DNA from: Candidatus Sysuiplasma jiujiangense
GTDB taxonomy: Archaea; Thermoplasmatota; Thermoplasmata; Sysuiplasmatales; Sysuiplasmataceae
NCBI GenBank assembly: GCA_019721075.1
Contig: JAHEAD010000018.1
Location: 1-42,159, forward strand
Length of the DNA stretch: 42,159 nt
Reading direction: 5' to 3'
In this document: piece by piece, positions 19,558 to 28,213 of the stretch
How positions within the stretch are numbered: the first letter of the stretch is position 1
Layout of the letters: each line of letters begins with the position of its first letter
Program-made: the position numbers and the translations under genes
The notes under the pieces: generated by a model
Databases searched by the model: none
Told to the model about the DNA's origin: nothing
What the model saw: the letters and a program-made list of their open reading frames with translations, nothing else

Positions 19558-20171
19558 CCCATCAGCTCCTCAATGTCCCTGTGAACTATCTCCTGCCGCA
19601 CAAGGACCGCGCTTATAATCACCAGAGCAAGGACGTCAAGCAGTACGCTTATCTCGATCAGGAGCGGGAGTGGAGCAATAGTCAGGCTCATGAATATTAT
19701 TCCGTTCTCCTCTTCGACATAACCTATAACGTGGGCAAAACTGTTCCTTCTGGACATTATCAGAAGAAAACCCTGAAGCATGACTGCGAAGCCTATTGAG
19801 CCAAGCGGATCGGAGACTGCCGGATAAATTACAATGCGGTATATCACAAAGGACAGTATGAGCACGAGGACGGATGCCACAGCAACAGTCGCAGCCTCAT
19901 GTGAGTACTCCCTGGCATACATACCCCTAAGCGGTATCTTTCTTTCAAGTATCCTGGTGAGAAGGTATCCCCGCAACACGAATATCAGTACGGCAAGCAC
20001 TATCAGAGCTGGAGATTGACCGATGATGCCAAAATATCCGACCGCAAGAGCCAGCAGCACTGACTGGGTTGTTACAGTGCGTACGGCCGGCCTTATGTAT
20101 GATCTCAACTGTATGCTCAGCGCCGAGACAATTATCAGAACGCCCAGTATTGCAAGTATTTCGTAATTCAA
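19554..20171 (-). CDS. Hydrogenase-4 component E-like (HyfE) membrane subunit
   Basis: 205 aa hydrophobic; QS.LL, IGY..EENG and PLLIEI..LLDV motifs. Translationally coupled to its neighbours. Confidence 0.8.
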   Translation of the reverse strand: MNYEILAILGVLIIVSALSIQLRSYIRPAVRTVTTQSVLLALAVGYFGIIGQSPALIVLAVLIFVLRGYLLTRILERKIPLRGMYAREYSHEAATVAVASVLVLILSFVIYRIVIYPAVSDPLGSIGFAVMLQGFLLIMSRRNSFAHVIGYVEEENGIIFMSLTIAPLPLLIEISVLLDVLALVIISAVLVRQEIVHRDIEELMG

Positions 20172-21115
20172 ACAATACCACCAAGCGAGTATGTTATAAT
20201 GGAAAGAATCGCCAGTGCAAAGGAAACAGACAGGAAATCCTGAATCTTGAAAAGGCGTAGTTTTGCAAATGTTTCCTCAAAGCCTGCAAGTATCATAATG
20301 AGAAGTATCCACTTTGCCAGCATGATTGGAAAATCAGCAGCCGTTCCGGCGATTCCGCTCTGCATGAACCATGGAAAAAGGAAGACATTCAGGAACACGG
20401 AACCGAGAAGGTACTGCTTTATCATCGACGAATACTTCAGAAGGAAAAGATTTTTTCCGCTGTATTCATACAGCCTCCCCTCATCTATCATACCGAGCTC
20501 GTTGAGACTCTGGCTTTCCACCGGAAGCTTGCCTGTTTCAAAGAGAAGAAGCATGAAGAATGCGGCCGTCGATAGTAGATGGGGGAGCGACATATAAGAG
20601 GCGGACGAGGCGACGAGCACGTTGTTTGTGACGTACGGATTGTTTGTTCCGCTTATGATTGCAACTGCAAAGAAGACCATGATAAGTGTAGGTTCGGCGA
20701 ACGCAGAAAAGACAACAGATCTGCTAGCACCCAGTCTGGTGAACTGATTTCCCGCATTGATGGCTGCTATTACCTGCAGGAATGATGCAAGGGTGAAAAG
20801 TAGGGCGCCTCCAAGGAAATCGGCGGAAGGCGTGAAAAAGACTGGGAATGGCGCTATAACCGGTATAATGAATGAAATGAGTATGTATATTCCGAAGACG
20901 ATAAAGGGAACTGCTGAAAAGATTATCGAGGAACTGTGGTTTTTTAAATTCTCCTTGCGCAGGAGTTTCGCGAGGTCAAAATAAGGCTGCAGTATACGCA
21001 CGCCCTTTCGCGACTCGATCCTTGATTTTACCTTCGAAAGCAGGCCGGCTACCAGTGGCGCAAGTACAAGAACTCCAGCAAGCTGCATTGCCGTCTCCGC
21101 CAGGATTGCAAACAT
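20168..21115 (-). CDS. HyfC/HycD/NuoH-like membrane subunit
   Basis: RKG..ILQPYFDLAKLLRKE, GASR, AEP, ETGKLPVE, EYSG..L and AKLRLFK motifs. First gene of the six-gene operon. Confidence 0.88.
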   Translation of the reverse strand: MFAILAETAMQLAGVLVLAPLVAGLLSKVKSRIESRKGVRILQPYFDLAKLLRKENLKNHSSSIIFSAVPFIVFGIYILISFIIPVIAPFPVFFTPSADFLGGALLFTLASFLQVIAAINAGNQFTRLGASRSVVFSAFAEPTLIMVFFAVAIISGTNNPYVTNNVLVASSASYMSLPHLLSTAAFFMLLLFETGKLPVESQSLNELGMIDEGRLYEYSGKNLFLLKYSSMIKQYLLGSVFLNVFLFPWFMQSGIAGTAADFPIMLAKWILLIMILAGFEETFAKLRLFKIQDFLSVSFALAILSIITYSLGGIV

Positions 21116-21246
21116 GGTATCGCCTTCAATCCAGACGTCATCGACCGGCAGCCAGCCGGTGGTTTAAGCGAACGTCACCGCTATTCTGTGTGTGGTAGAT
21201 CAACCCTATATTTATCCTTGATGTTATGTGCGCCAATGTTGATTGA

Positions 21247-21296
21247 TTACAGGAAAAGGTCGCGAAAGCCCATGAATTTATTCGTGGAAGGATGTC
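21247..21296 (+). repeat. Orphan IS200/IS605-type end hairpin, copy 1
   Basis: TTAC-aggaaaaggtcgcg-AAAG-cCCATGAAT-tt-ATTCGTGG-aaggatgtc. Near-identical to the reverse complement of 38152-38192. Confidence 0.65.
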
Positions 21297-21400
21297 GGGC
21301 CCGGCGCAGATCAGTCTTCTGCCTCCCCTGTTTAAGACAGGCGGAATTCAAAGCGGGCAATGCTGCGTCACAAGATTAAAAGGATGTATGCCGATTGACG

Positions 21401-22015
21401 ATGCTCCTCCGCAGGTTGTTGAAATTATGGTCCTTTGTGCTTCTGGCCGTAGGCATCATCTGGCTTCTGATTGCCGCTTATGTCCTGCTGCGAAATTTCA
21501 ACGCAGGATTCATCATCGCCACAGCACTTGTGGCAGCGGCTTCGTTCGTCTATCCGAGAGCCATGAAGAGTCAAAGACTGAGGCCATGGACAAAATTGAA
21601 GTTTGCCCGGCTGACTACAGTAACACTGATTTACCTGCTCATCGTCCTCTCGTCATTTCTCTTCATATCCCTGCGTGGAAGGACACATACGATCCTTTTC
21701 GTCGCGGGGCTGTTCGTCCTTTACATGGGTTACACATCTGTCAGGGGCTGGTACTCAGCTAAATCCGCTTCCGCTCTTTCACCTGATGCCGCAACAGTTG
21801 TTGCGCTTGTCATCAACGTAGCGGCATCTGTCATCTCGCTGCATGATTTGCTGTCAAGTTTCGGATCCGGCGTACTCATAGATATTGCCATAGTGATGGT
21901 TGTCATAAGCACCACCTCAACAAAGCACAGCATCATCAGCTACATTCTCCACTCCTTACAGAACTGGTTCAAATCAATTCGCGGAAAACCGCCTGAAACA
22001 GCGCCCAGACAGTGA
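21401..22015 (+). CDS. Hypothetical multi-pass membrane protein
   Basis: About 204 aa with about 6 hydrophobic segments separated by basic loops. No family recognised. Confidence 0.6.
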   Translation: MLLRRLLKLWSFVLLAVGIIWLLIAAYVLLRNFNAGFIIATALVAAASFVYPRAMKSQRLRPWTKLKFARLTTVTLIYLLIVLSSFLFISLRGRTHTILFVAGLFVLYMGYTSVRGWYSAKSASALSPDAATVVALVINVAASVISLHDLLSSFGSGVLIDIAIVMVVISTTSTKHSIISYILHSLQNWFKSIRGKPPETAPRQ

Positions 22016-22078
22016 ATTTCCCCGTTGCAGTCTGCCGGAAGCGAATGACCGATGAGCACATTGCTTGTATTGTCTTCG

Positions 22079-22615
22079 TCATGCCGGATGATCATCCGCT
22101 CTGATAGAAACATCGGCAATCCGGTATCCCAATTTTTCGGAAAGCAGCCCGGGTCTTATTCTCATGACGGCATGTGTCTCGCCTGCTGCCGCCCAGGAAG
22201 CGATAAAGCGGAAAATTGACCTGTCAGCAAGCACAATGATATCATCATTGTGAGGAAACGGGGGCACACCGCCAACAACATAACCCGTTCTATTCCTCAC
22301 CTCAGCGGCGGTCAGTTTCCTGACACTGATGCATTTCATCTCTCTCTGGAGTCTGTCCCTGTCCACCAGCATGTCGCCTGAAAGAACAACAATGACAGTC
22401 CTGTCCGTGGAAATATCCGCAGTACCCAAGGTGCATCCGAACGCAATTGATTTGGAAATTTCTGCCACGGGACATCCTATTGCCGAGGCTGCCGAAGCTG
22501 AAGTTCTTGTGCTTTCTGGAGCGAGCTCAAGAATTTCCGCCTCTATGCCCGATTTTTCTATAAATTCTCTTACATCACGGAGTCCTTTCAACTTCCCGTT
22601 GCCCCTGTTGCACAC
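22079..22615 (-). CDS. YbaK/EbsC-family aminoacyl-tRNA deacylase
   Basis: TRTS..AA.AIGC....ISKSI, VRNRTGYVVGGVPPF and WAAAG motifs. The true start may be the TTG at 22591. Confidence 0.85.
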   Translation of the reverse strand: MCNRGNGKLKGLRDVREFIEKSGIEAEILELAPESTRTSASAASAIGCPVAEISKSIAFGCTLGTADISTDRTVIVVLSGDMLVDRDRLQREMKCISVRKLTAAEVRNRTGYVVGGVPPFPHNDDIIVLADRSIFRFIASWAAAGETHAVMRIRPGLLSEKLGYRIADVSIRADDHPA

Positions 22616-22700
22616 ATGCTCCGGCTATGGCAAGCTTCACCGCCGGTCCGGAAACAGTAAATAATCACATGCTTTTTAAATCAGATGCAAATCAGTGATT

Positions 22701-23153
22701 ATGGATAGCAAGAGGCAGGTTGTGCTGATTCTTTCCCTGCTTGTCCTCATCGAATATGTTCTCGGAGGCTTTGTTACATTTGATGATCCGACAAACGCCG
22801 GTTTCAGTCTTGCATCATTCTCTCTATCGTATCCGGCGGTTCTTCCGCTAATTCACAGGCTGTTTGCCGTTTTGCTCATTCTGTCATGGATTGTAGGCTC
22901 CTTTTACCTCAAAGGCACGGCTGCATTCAGGATGTCCCATATGACAATCGGACTGATGTTCATTCAGGCGTTTATAGGGGCGCTGATACCGGCAACACTG
23001 TCGGACGGTGTGCTCAACGCCTATGTGATAATAGCCCATTTCAGCGTTAGCGGGCTTGTCATCATAGGAACCGGTTTCACGCTGTACCTCGGCTGGTTTC
23101 TGAAAGGCCATCCCGCCCCCAGTACAGCGCATAGGCTGCAAGAAACGAGGTGA
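22701..23153 (+). CDS. Half-size (4-TM) heme A synthase (CtaA/COX15)-like protein, lacking the catalytic Glu
   Basis: LGGFV, LPLIHRLFA, IQAFIGAL and IIAHF match the HR / Q...G / H pattern of a CtaA half-domain. TTTTTAAAT box upstream. Confidence 0.6.
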   Translation: MDSKRQVVLILSLLVLIEYVLGGFVTFDDPTNAGFSLASFSLSYPAVLPLIHRLFAVLLILSWIVGSFYLKGTAAFRMSHMTIGLMFIQAFIGALIPATLSDGVLNAYVIIAHFSVSGLVIIGTGFTLYLGWFLKGHPAPSTAHRLQETR

Positions 23154-23523
23154 CGAGAAGAAGGAGACCCGCATTGCCCTCATGGAGGACAACGAAAGGC
23201 GGATAGTCGTAGTTCCATATCGTGATCGCTCCAAATGATGCCTGCAGTATTAGAAGGACAAAAGCAACTATGGACAACTCCTTAAGCCCTCTGGGCGCCT
23301 TTCTTTCCGTAAAGACAACTATTATGTTGATGAGAAAAACAAGTACGATAACCAGCGCGACAAGCCTGTGCACTTCCTCTATCACGCCAGGCCAGCTAAG
23401 GACAATTTTTGTGTAAGGGAAATCGTTGTATGACGGATCCAGGAAGACAACCGATGCGGCAACAACATACTCAATCCATACGGTTATGAGTGAAACGAGG
23501 GCTGTCAATTTGTAAGGTTTCAT
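23077..23523 (-). CDS. Half-size (4-TM) heme A synthase (CtaA/COX15)-like protein with ExxHR motif
   Basis: IEEVHRLVA, LQASFGAITI and VVLHEGNA motifs. Confidence 0.68.
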   Translation of the reverse strand: MKPYKLTALVSLITVWIEYVVAASVVFLDPSYNDFPYTKIVLSWPGVIEEVHRLVALVIVLVFLINIIVVFTERKAPRGLKELSIVAFVLLILQASFGAITIWNYDYPPFVVLHEGNAGLLLLVTSFLAAYALYWGRDGLSETSRGTA

Positions 23524-23631
23524 TTTTCCTTTCTCCCCCTGTTCTTCTGATTACTTTAGTTTTACTGTTTCAGGCGGTAGACCGCTCATGCCGCAGTGTT
23601 TTCCTGTTTCAGGCAGGATGCAATTTTATCA

Positions 23632-25188
23632 TCAGGTCCGATCTTTTCTGCCGCCGGGCACTGTCCCTTCACCGCCTTTTTTCCCCTCGGAGTCCGATCC
23701 CCTGCCTTTATCAGAGTCGCCGCTCCATCTTTTGATGCCGATGGAAACAAATGTTTCATACAGATTCCTTGCCCTGGACTTAACTATCTCCTTAATGTCG
23801 AGTGTGCTGTCAATGTCGGACACAACCTCGGCCAGTTTGTCCCTTTCGTACTCGAGTCCTGCTGCAAATTCAGCCTCTGTAATCGTATGATTCTCATGTA
23901 GGAGTTTCAGCTCCTCCATTCTGGACATTGTTCTAGAAAGACGTTTTTCCGCTGCCTCCTTCTCCTGCACAGTTTCAGTTTCAAAGTTGCGCTTGATGTA
24001 GCTGGAGAGAAACGGCCCCTGGAATATTATCGATATGAAGACAACGCCGAGAACCATAGTCACCAGGGTGCTTCTCAGCGGCAGGTTTACCGGAATGGAT
24101 GCAATGAGAACAACGGAAAGAGCTCCGCGCATTCCGCCGAGCAGTGCCACATTTTTCCAGCTCCTTGGAACCTTTCTCTTTCTGCCGAAGAATGCCAGGA
24201 TAGGGTATACTGCAACCGCACGGGCAACGAAAACGGAAACGGAGGCGATAATTATCAGTACAAATGCGTGCGAAAGGTTCAGCAGATCCGTGTTCAGCCC
24301 GATGAAAAGAAACGCGACCGAATTGGCTATGAACGCCATTATCCTCCAGAATGAACGAAGCGCCTCCTTCGAAAGAGGATGAACCACCGAACGCATAGTG
24401 ATGTTTCCGTAGTACAGCCCTGTGACTGCAACTGCAACCAGACCTGAGAATCCGAGAGAGCCTGCAAGCGCGTATGCTCCGTAGACAATTGATATGGACA
24501 GCACCGCTTCCGAAAGTGTGTCGTTTATCAGCGAGGATACAATCTCCGCTCCAAATCCGACCGCCAGGCCTATCAGCACGCCGCCGCCGAAGATCAGACT
24601 GAAGCTGGTGATGCCGTGCAGCAGCGCCAGGTGTGAAACAGATCCTGTCGTAAGGACTATGGAGAAGACAATTATTCCGGTTGCGTCGTTGAATGCCGCC
24701 TCAGCGTCCATCAGCGCACTCAGCCTCCTCGGTACTTTCAGTCTCCTGAATATCTCCAGGACGGATGCCGTATCAGTAGGTGAGATCAGCGAAGAGAAGA
24801 GAAATGAGTCATATGGCGGAAGTCCTACAATCTTCCAGAGTATGAGGCCGCCGACAAGCGTGGCTATAAGCACACCAGCAGTTGCCAGCACCAGTCCAAC
24901 CCTTATTGACGACCGGAATTCAACGGATCTTATGCCCATCATCGCCTCGAAGAGGAGAGGCGGTATTACCAGGCCGACAAACACGCTCCCGAGAAGATTG
25001 TTGTAGAACACGCTTATTCCGATGACCGATGAGACGGAGGATGCGGCGAGTATAATGCCGATTATGACAAGAACGATTGTATATGGTAACCTTATCCACC
25101 GCGAAACAATCGAGCCTATGAGCATAACGCCGAGAAGCCCTGTTATGATTATTTCCAGATTCGGTATCGCTGTCAATTCGAATCCCAA
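23632..25188 (-). CDS. CPA1-family (NhaP-like) Na+(K+)/H+ antiporter
   Basis: LPYTI.LV..G, PPLLFEA, ISPTD, EAAFNDA, SGLVAV and GGMRGALS motifs, plus a charged C-terminal tail. Confidence 0.92.
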   Translation of the reverse strand: MGFELTAIPNLEIIITGLLGVMLIGSIVSRWIRLPYTIVLVIIGIILAASSVSSVIGISVFYNNLLGSVFVGLVIPPLLFEAMMGIRSVEFRSSIRVGLVLATAGVLIATLVGGLILWKIVGLPPYDSFLFSSLISPTDTASVLEIFRRLKVPRRLSALMDAEAAFNDATGIIVFSIVLTTGSVSHLALLHGITSFSLIFGGGVLIGLAVGFGAEIVSSLINDTLSEAVLSISIVYGAYALAGSLGFSGLVAVAVTGLYYGNITMRSVVHPLSKEALRSFWRIMAFIANSVAFLFIGLNTDLLNLSHAFVLIIIASVSVFVARAVAVYPILAFFGRKRKVPRSWKNVALLGGMRGALSVVLIASIPVNLPLRSTLVTMVLGVVFISIIFQGPFLSSYIKRNFETETVQEKEAAEKRLSRTMSRMEELKLLHENHTITEAEFAAGLEYERDKLAEVVSDIDSTLDIKEIVKSRARNLYETFVSIGIKRWSGDSDKGRGSDSEGKKGGEGTVPGGRKDRT

Positions 25189-25259
25189 TGCGCACGCTCT
25201 CTATAACCGTTTTTCCAGCGCCGGAGCATGGTCAACAGAAGTGGCGGCCGCAAATTCCG

Positions 25260-26210
25260 TCAGCTGATCTGGGACAGAACTTCGTCGACGGCCACCTGCA
25301 CAGCTTCATCGCTTCCGTACCTGTTCTTCCAGCCCGTTCCGTCCAGTTTTTCAACGCCAAGCTCAGCATGTCTGACGTCGCCCATCCAGCCTCTTCCCTC
25401 GAAGCCGCCTGTAAATGCAAGCGGTACGTCATGAAGCTTCATTTTGTCGATCACAATCTTTGCGATTTTCAGGACGGAAGTCGTGCCCCTGTTTCCGAGA
25501 TTGTATATGTCGGTTTTGCTGCTCCTTTCATGGACGTATACCATTGAACCGACGCAATCGGAAACATGAAGATAAGACTTCTTCTGCGTCCCGTCTCCAA
25601 GTATCTCCAGTCTGCTGCCGTCATTCTGCAGTTTCCTGATGAAGTCGAAAATCACGCCGTGGGTCGAGTTCCTTCCAACTATGTTCGCGAACCTGAAAAT
25701 TGTGCCGCGTATGCCGTAATAGTGCGAGTAGGCCGTGATGAAACCTTCTGCCGCCATCTTGGATGCGCCGTACGATGAAATAGGCATGTACGGCCCGTAA
25801 TCTTCAGCCGTCGGTATCCTGCTCGCTTCCCCGTATACCGTGGAACTTGACGCAAATGCTATTTCCTTCACATCGTTCTTCCTCATGAATTCCAGTATGT
25901 TGAGCGTCCCTTCGGCATTGACCCTGAAGTCGAAAACAGGATTCTGCGAGCCGCCCCTTACATCGGAGTCGGCTGCAAGGTGGAAGACAATATCGTAACC
26001 GTCCAGATCCTCAAGATCCTCCGTTCTTGTTATGTCCTTCCTGTGTATCCGGAAGCCCTTTCTGCTTCTGAATCCGGTTATGTACCGGTCATCTACCGAC
26101 GAAAAATTGTCGAGAACATGAACCTCATTCCCGGATAAAAGATAGTCAACAAGATTCGAGCCTATGAAACCGGCTCCGCCCGTCACCAGAACTGACTTCC
26201 CTTTGATCAT
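25260..26210 (-). CDS. NAD-dependent epimerase/dehydratase (UDP-glucose 4-epimerase-like)
   Basis: TGGAGFIGS, FHLAA, ASSSTVYG, YGASK and GDGTQ.KSYLHV motifs. Confidence 0.92.
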   Translation of the reverse strand: MIKGKSVLVTGGAGFIGSNLVDYLLSGNEVHVLDNFSSVDDRYITGFRSRKGFRIHRKDITRTEDLEDLDGYDIVFHLAADSDVRGGSQNPVFDFRVNAEGTLNILEFMRKNDVKEIAFASSSTVYGEASRIPTAEDYGPYMPISSYGASKMAAEGFITAYSHYYGIRGTIFRFANIVGRNSTHGVIFDFIRKLQNDGSRLEILGDGTQKKSYLHVSDCVGSMVYVHERSSKTDIYNLGNRGTTSVLKIAKIVIDKMKLHDVPLAFTGGFEGRGWMGDVRHAELGVEKLDGTGWKNRYGSDEAVQVAVDEVLSQIS

Positions 26211-26341
26211 CAGGTGCTTTGTGAAATTCTAACCGTATATTATGATTCGCACGTTCGTGCACACAGCACGGGATGCAGCACCGGACAGTACTGCTGCCGG
26301 CCACAAATATGATAAGCAGGCGCCGGTTTTGAATTTCCCGG

Positions 26342-27268
26342 ATGAACTTGAAAAATAACTATTTCAGGGGAGCCGCCTTCGCGCTGGCGGGTGCGACTCT
26401 GTGGGGCCTCTCAGGCACTGCGTCGTCCGCGCTTTTCACGGTTTACGGGATGCCGTATCTTTCTTTGCTTACTGTCAGGATGCTTCTTTCCGGCGGTCTC
26501 ATGTATCTGGTGCTGAGACCAAAGTTTCCGGGTGATAAGAGATTGCTTTTTATGCTGTTCGCCTTCAACCTGATGGCTGTCCAACTCACATATCTTGCCG
26601 CAATAAAATACACGAATGCGCCTACTGCGACGATGCTCCAGTACCTGTTCCTTCCAATCGTGTTCGTTTTCGAACTTGCCGTCCACAGAATACGATCTTC
26701 CGCAATTCTCTATGCTGCAATGGCAGTGTCAATTTTAGGCATCTTCGAACTCACAACGAGTTTCCCCCTGAAGGGCATCTCACTTGTAATCAACCCGGTA
26801 GGATTTGCGTTCGGTGTCGTATCAGCCGTCACCGCTGCCCTGTATGTCCTTCTTTCAGCACCGCTGATAGAAAGGATGGGAGCAGTGAACTCCGTCCTCT
26901 GGGGGCTGCTGATAGGCGGTGTCATGTCAGTACCGCTCGGACTGTTTCCGTCTTTTGCATACTTTTCTGCACTTCATTTCAGCGAACTCATTCCAGTCTC
27001 GCTCCTCGTGCTCTTCGTCGCAATATTCGGAACAATGCTGGCGTTTACGCTCTTCATAAAAAGCATGGAGACAATAACCGCCACTCAGGCATCAATTGCA
27101 GGCACCATGGAACCCGTTGCAGCTGCCGTCTCCTCTCTTCTCTTTCTCGGTGTGCTGATGACCGCACAGCAGTATTTTGGCGGAGCGCTCATTATAGTTT
27201 CGATAATTGTGGTGCAGAAGACAAATGCTGTTGCGAGGGCAGATGCACCGCCTGAGCTCAAAATCTGA
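26342..27268 (+). CDS. EamA/DMT-family transporter
   Basis: GATLWGLSG, ATMLQYL and ASI.GTMEPV motifs; about 10 TM segments. Confidence 0.88.
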   Translation: MNLKNNYFRGAAFALAGATLWGLSGTASSALFTVYGMPYLSLLTVRMLLSGGLMYLVLRPKFPGDKRLLFMLFAFNLMAVQLTYLAAIKYTNAPTATMLQYLFLPIVFVFELAVHRIRSSAILYAAMAVSILGIFELTTSFPLKGISLVINPVGFAFGVVSAVTAALYVLLSAPLIERMGAVNSVLWGLLIGGVMSVPLGLFPSFAYFSALHFSELIPVSLLVLFVAIFGTMLAFTLFIKSMETITATQASIAGTMEPVAAAVSSLLFLGVLMTAQQYFGGALIIVSIIVVQKTNAVARADAPPELKI

Positions 27269-27490
27269 TACACTGAAGGAGACTGAAACGCTCCATGAGC
27301 CACAGGCGCGCAAAAGCGGTGGATTTTCGCGCCGCCCGGCTGTTATTGAGCGCAGGAATTGCATGCTCCGGCCCCTTTTGGTTCCCCGCGCTTATAGATG
27401 GCGGAAAGATGCCAGGAATGAAATGAATTTATCTTCGAGTCTTCGCCGGTATCATTAAACTTTAATTGTTATATAGTCATTAATGGTCGT

Positions 27491-28072
27491 ATGAAGTTAT
27501 CTGTATGGGCACGGAAAGAGGGCATTGGTTATCGTGCCGCATGGCGCATGTGGAAAGCGGGTCAGCTGAAAGCGCATCAGCTGCCTACCGGCACAATCAT
27601 AGTTGAAGAGGAGAGACCCTCCATACTGCCGGACAGTGTTGCCATATATGTCCGTGTCTCCAGTTCGGAAAAGAGGGGCAATCTTTACAGCCAGGCAGAG
27701 CGTCTCACATAGTATGCCATCGCACGCGGGTACAGGATATACAGAGTAGTGAAGGAGGTGGGCAGCGGCGTGAATGACAGCAGGAAGCAGCTGCTCAAAC
27801 TGCTCACAGACGACGGCTACTCGAAGATAGTAGTGGATCACAGGGACAGGCTCACGCGCTTCGGTTTCAACTACATCGACACGCTGCTCAGGCAGCACGG
27901 CAAGTGGGACAGGCGAAGCCGCAGCGGCAAGGTGTTCAGGTGCATCCATTGTGGACACAGGGATGACGCCGACATGAATGGCGCACAGAACATCAGGCTG
28001 CTGGGGCTGGCGGGAGTCTATAGTCTCCGTTCGCTGCCAAACGAATTCACAGGCAGGAATATCTGTCTATGA
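27491..28072 (+). pseudogene. IS607-family remnant: tnpA (serine recombinase) with internal TAG, fused in frame to the last part of tnpB
   Basis: ORFs 27491-27712 and 27749-28072 are one frame split by TAG at 27710. It reads MKLSVWA..., YVRVSS, KEVGSGVN, HRDRLTRFGF (TnpA), then FRCIHCGHRDDADMNGAQNI (TnpB Zn finger/RuvC-III). Confidence 0.9.
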
Positions 28073-28213
28073 AATCAGTAACTATCTGCCGCTCTTCCGG
28101 AAGACCAGAAAATGACGCTGCATATGATGCCGTTTGTCCGAAGCAGATTTCCGTTGCAGCGCATGTTAAGCGGGATCGCTGAATTTGGGCTGAAAGCCCC
28201 ATAAGAACTGCGT

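Noticed and set aside
21251..21351. Larger 101-bp MITE ending at TCAA with hairpin CCTGT-ttaag-ACAGG
   Set aside because: The second hairpin does not resemble the first and is not shared with copy 2, so the boundary is unsupported.
27710..27712. In-frame TAG in IS607 tnpA as possible pyrrolysine/readthrough site
   Set aside because: The element is also internally deleted and no pyl genes are in the window. A simple nonsense mutation is more parsimonious.
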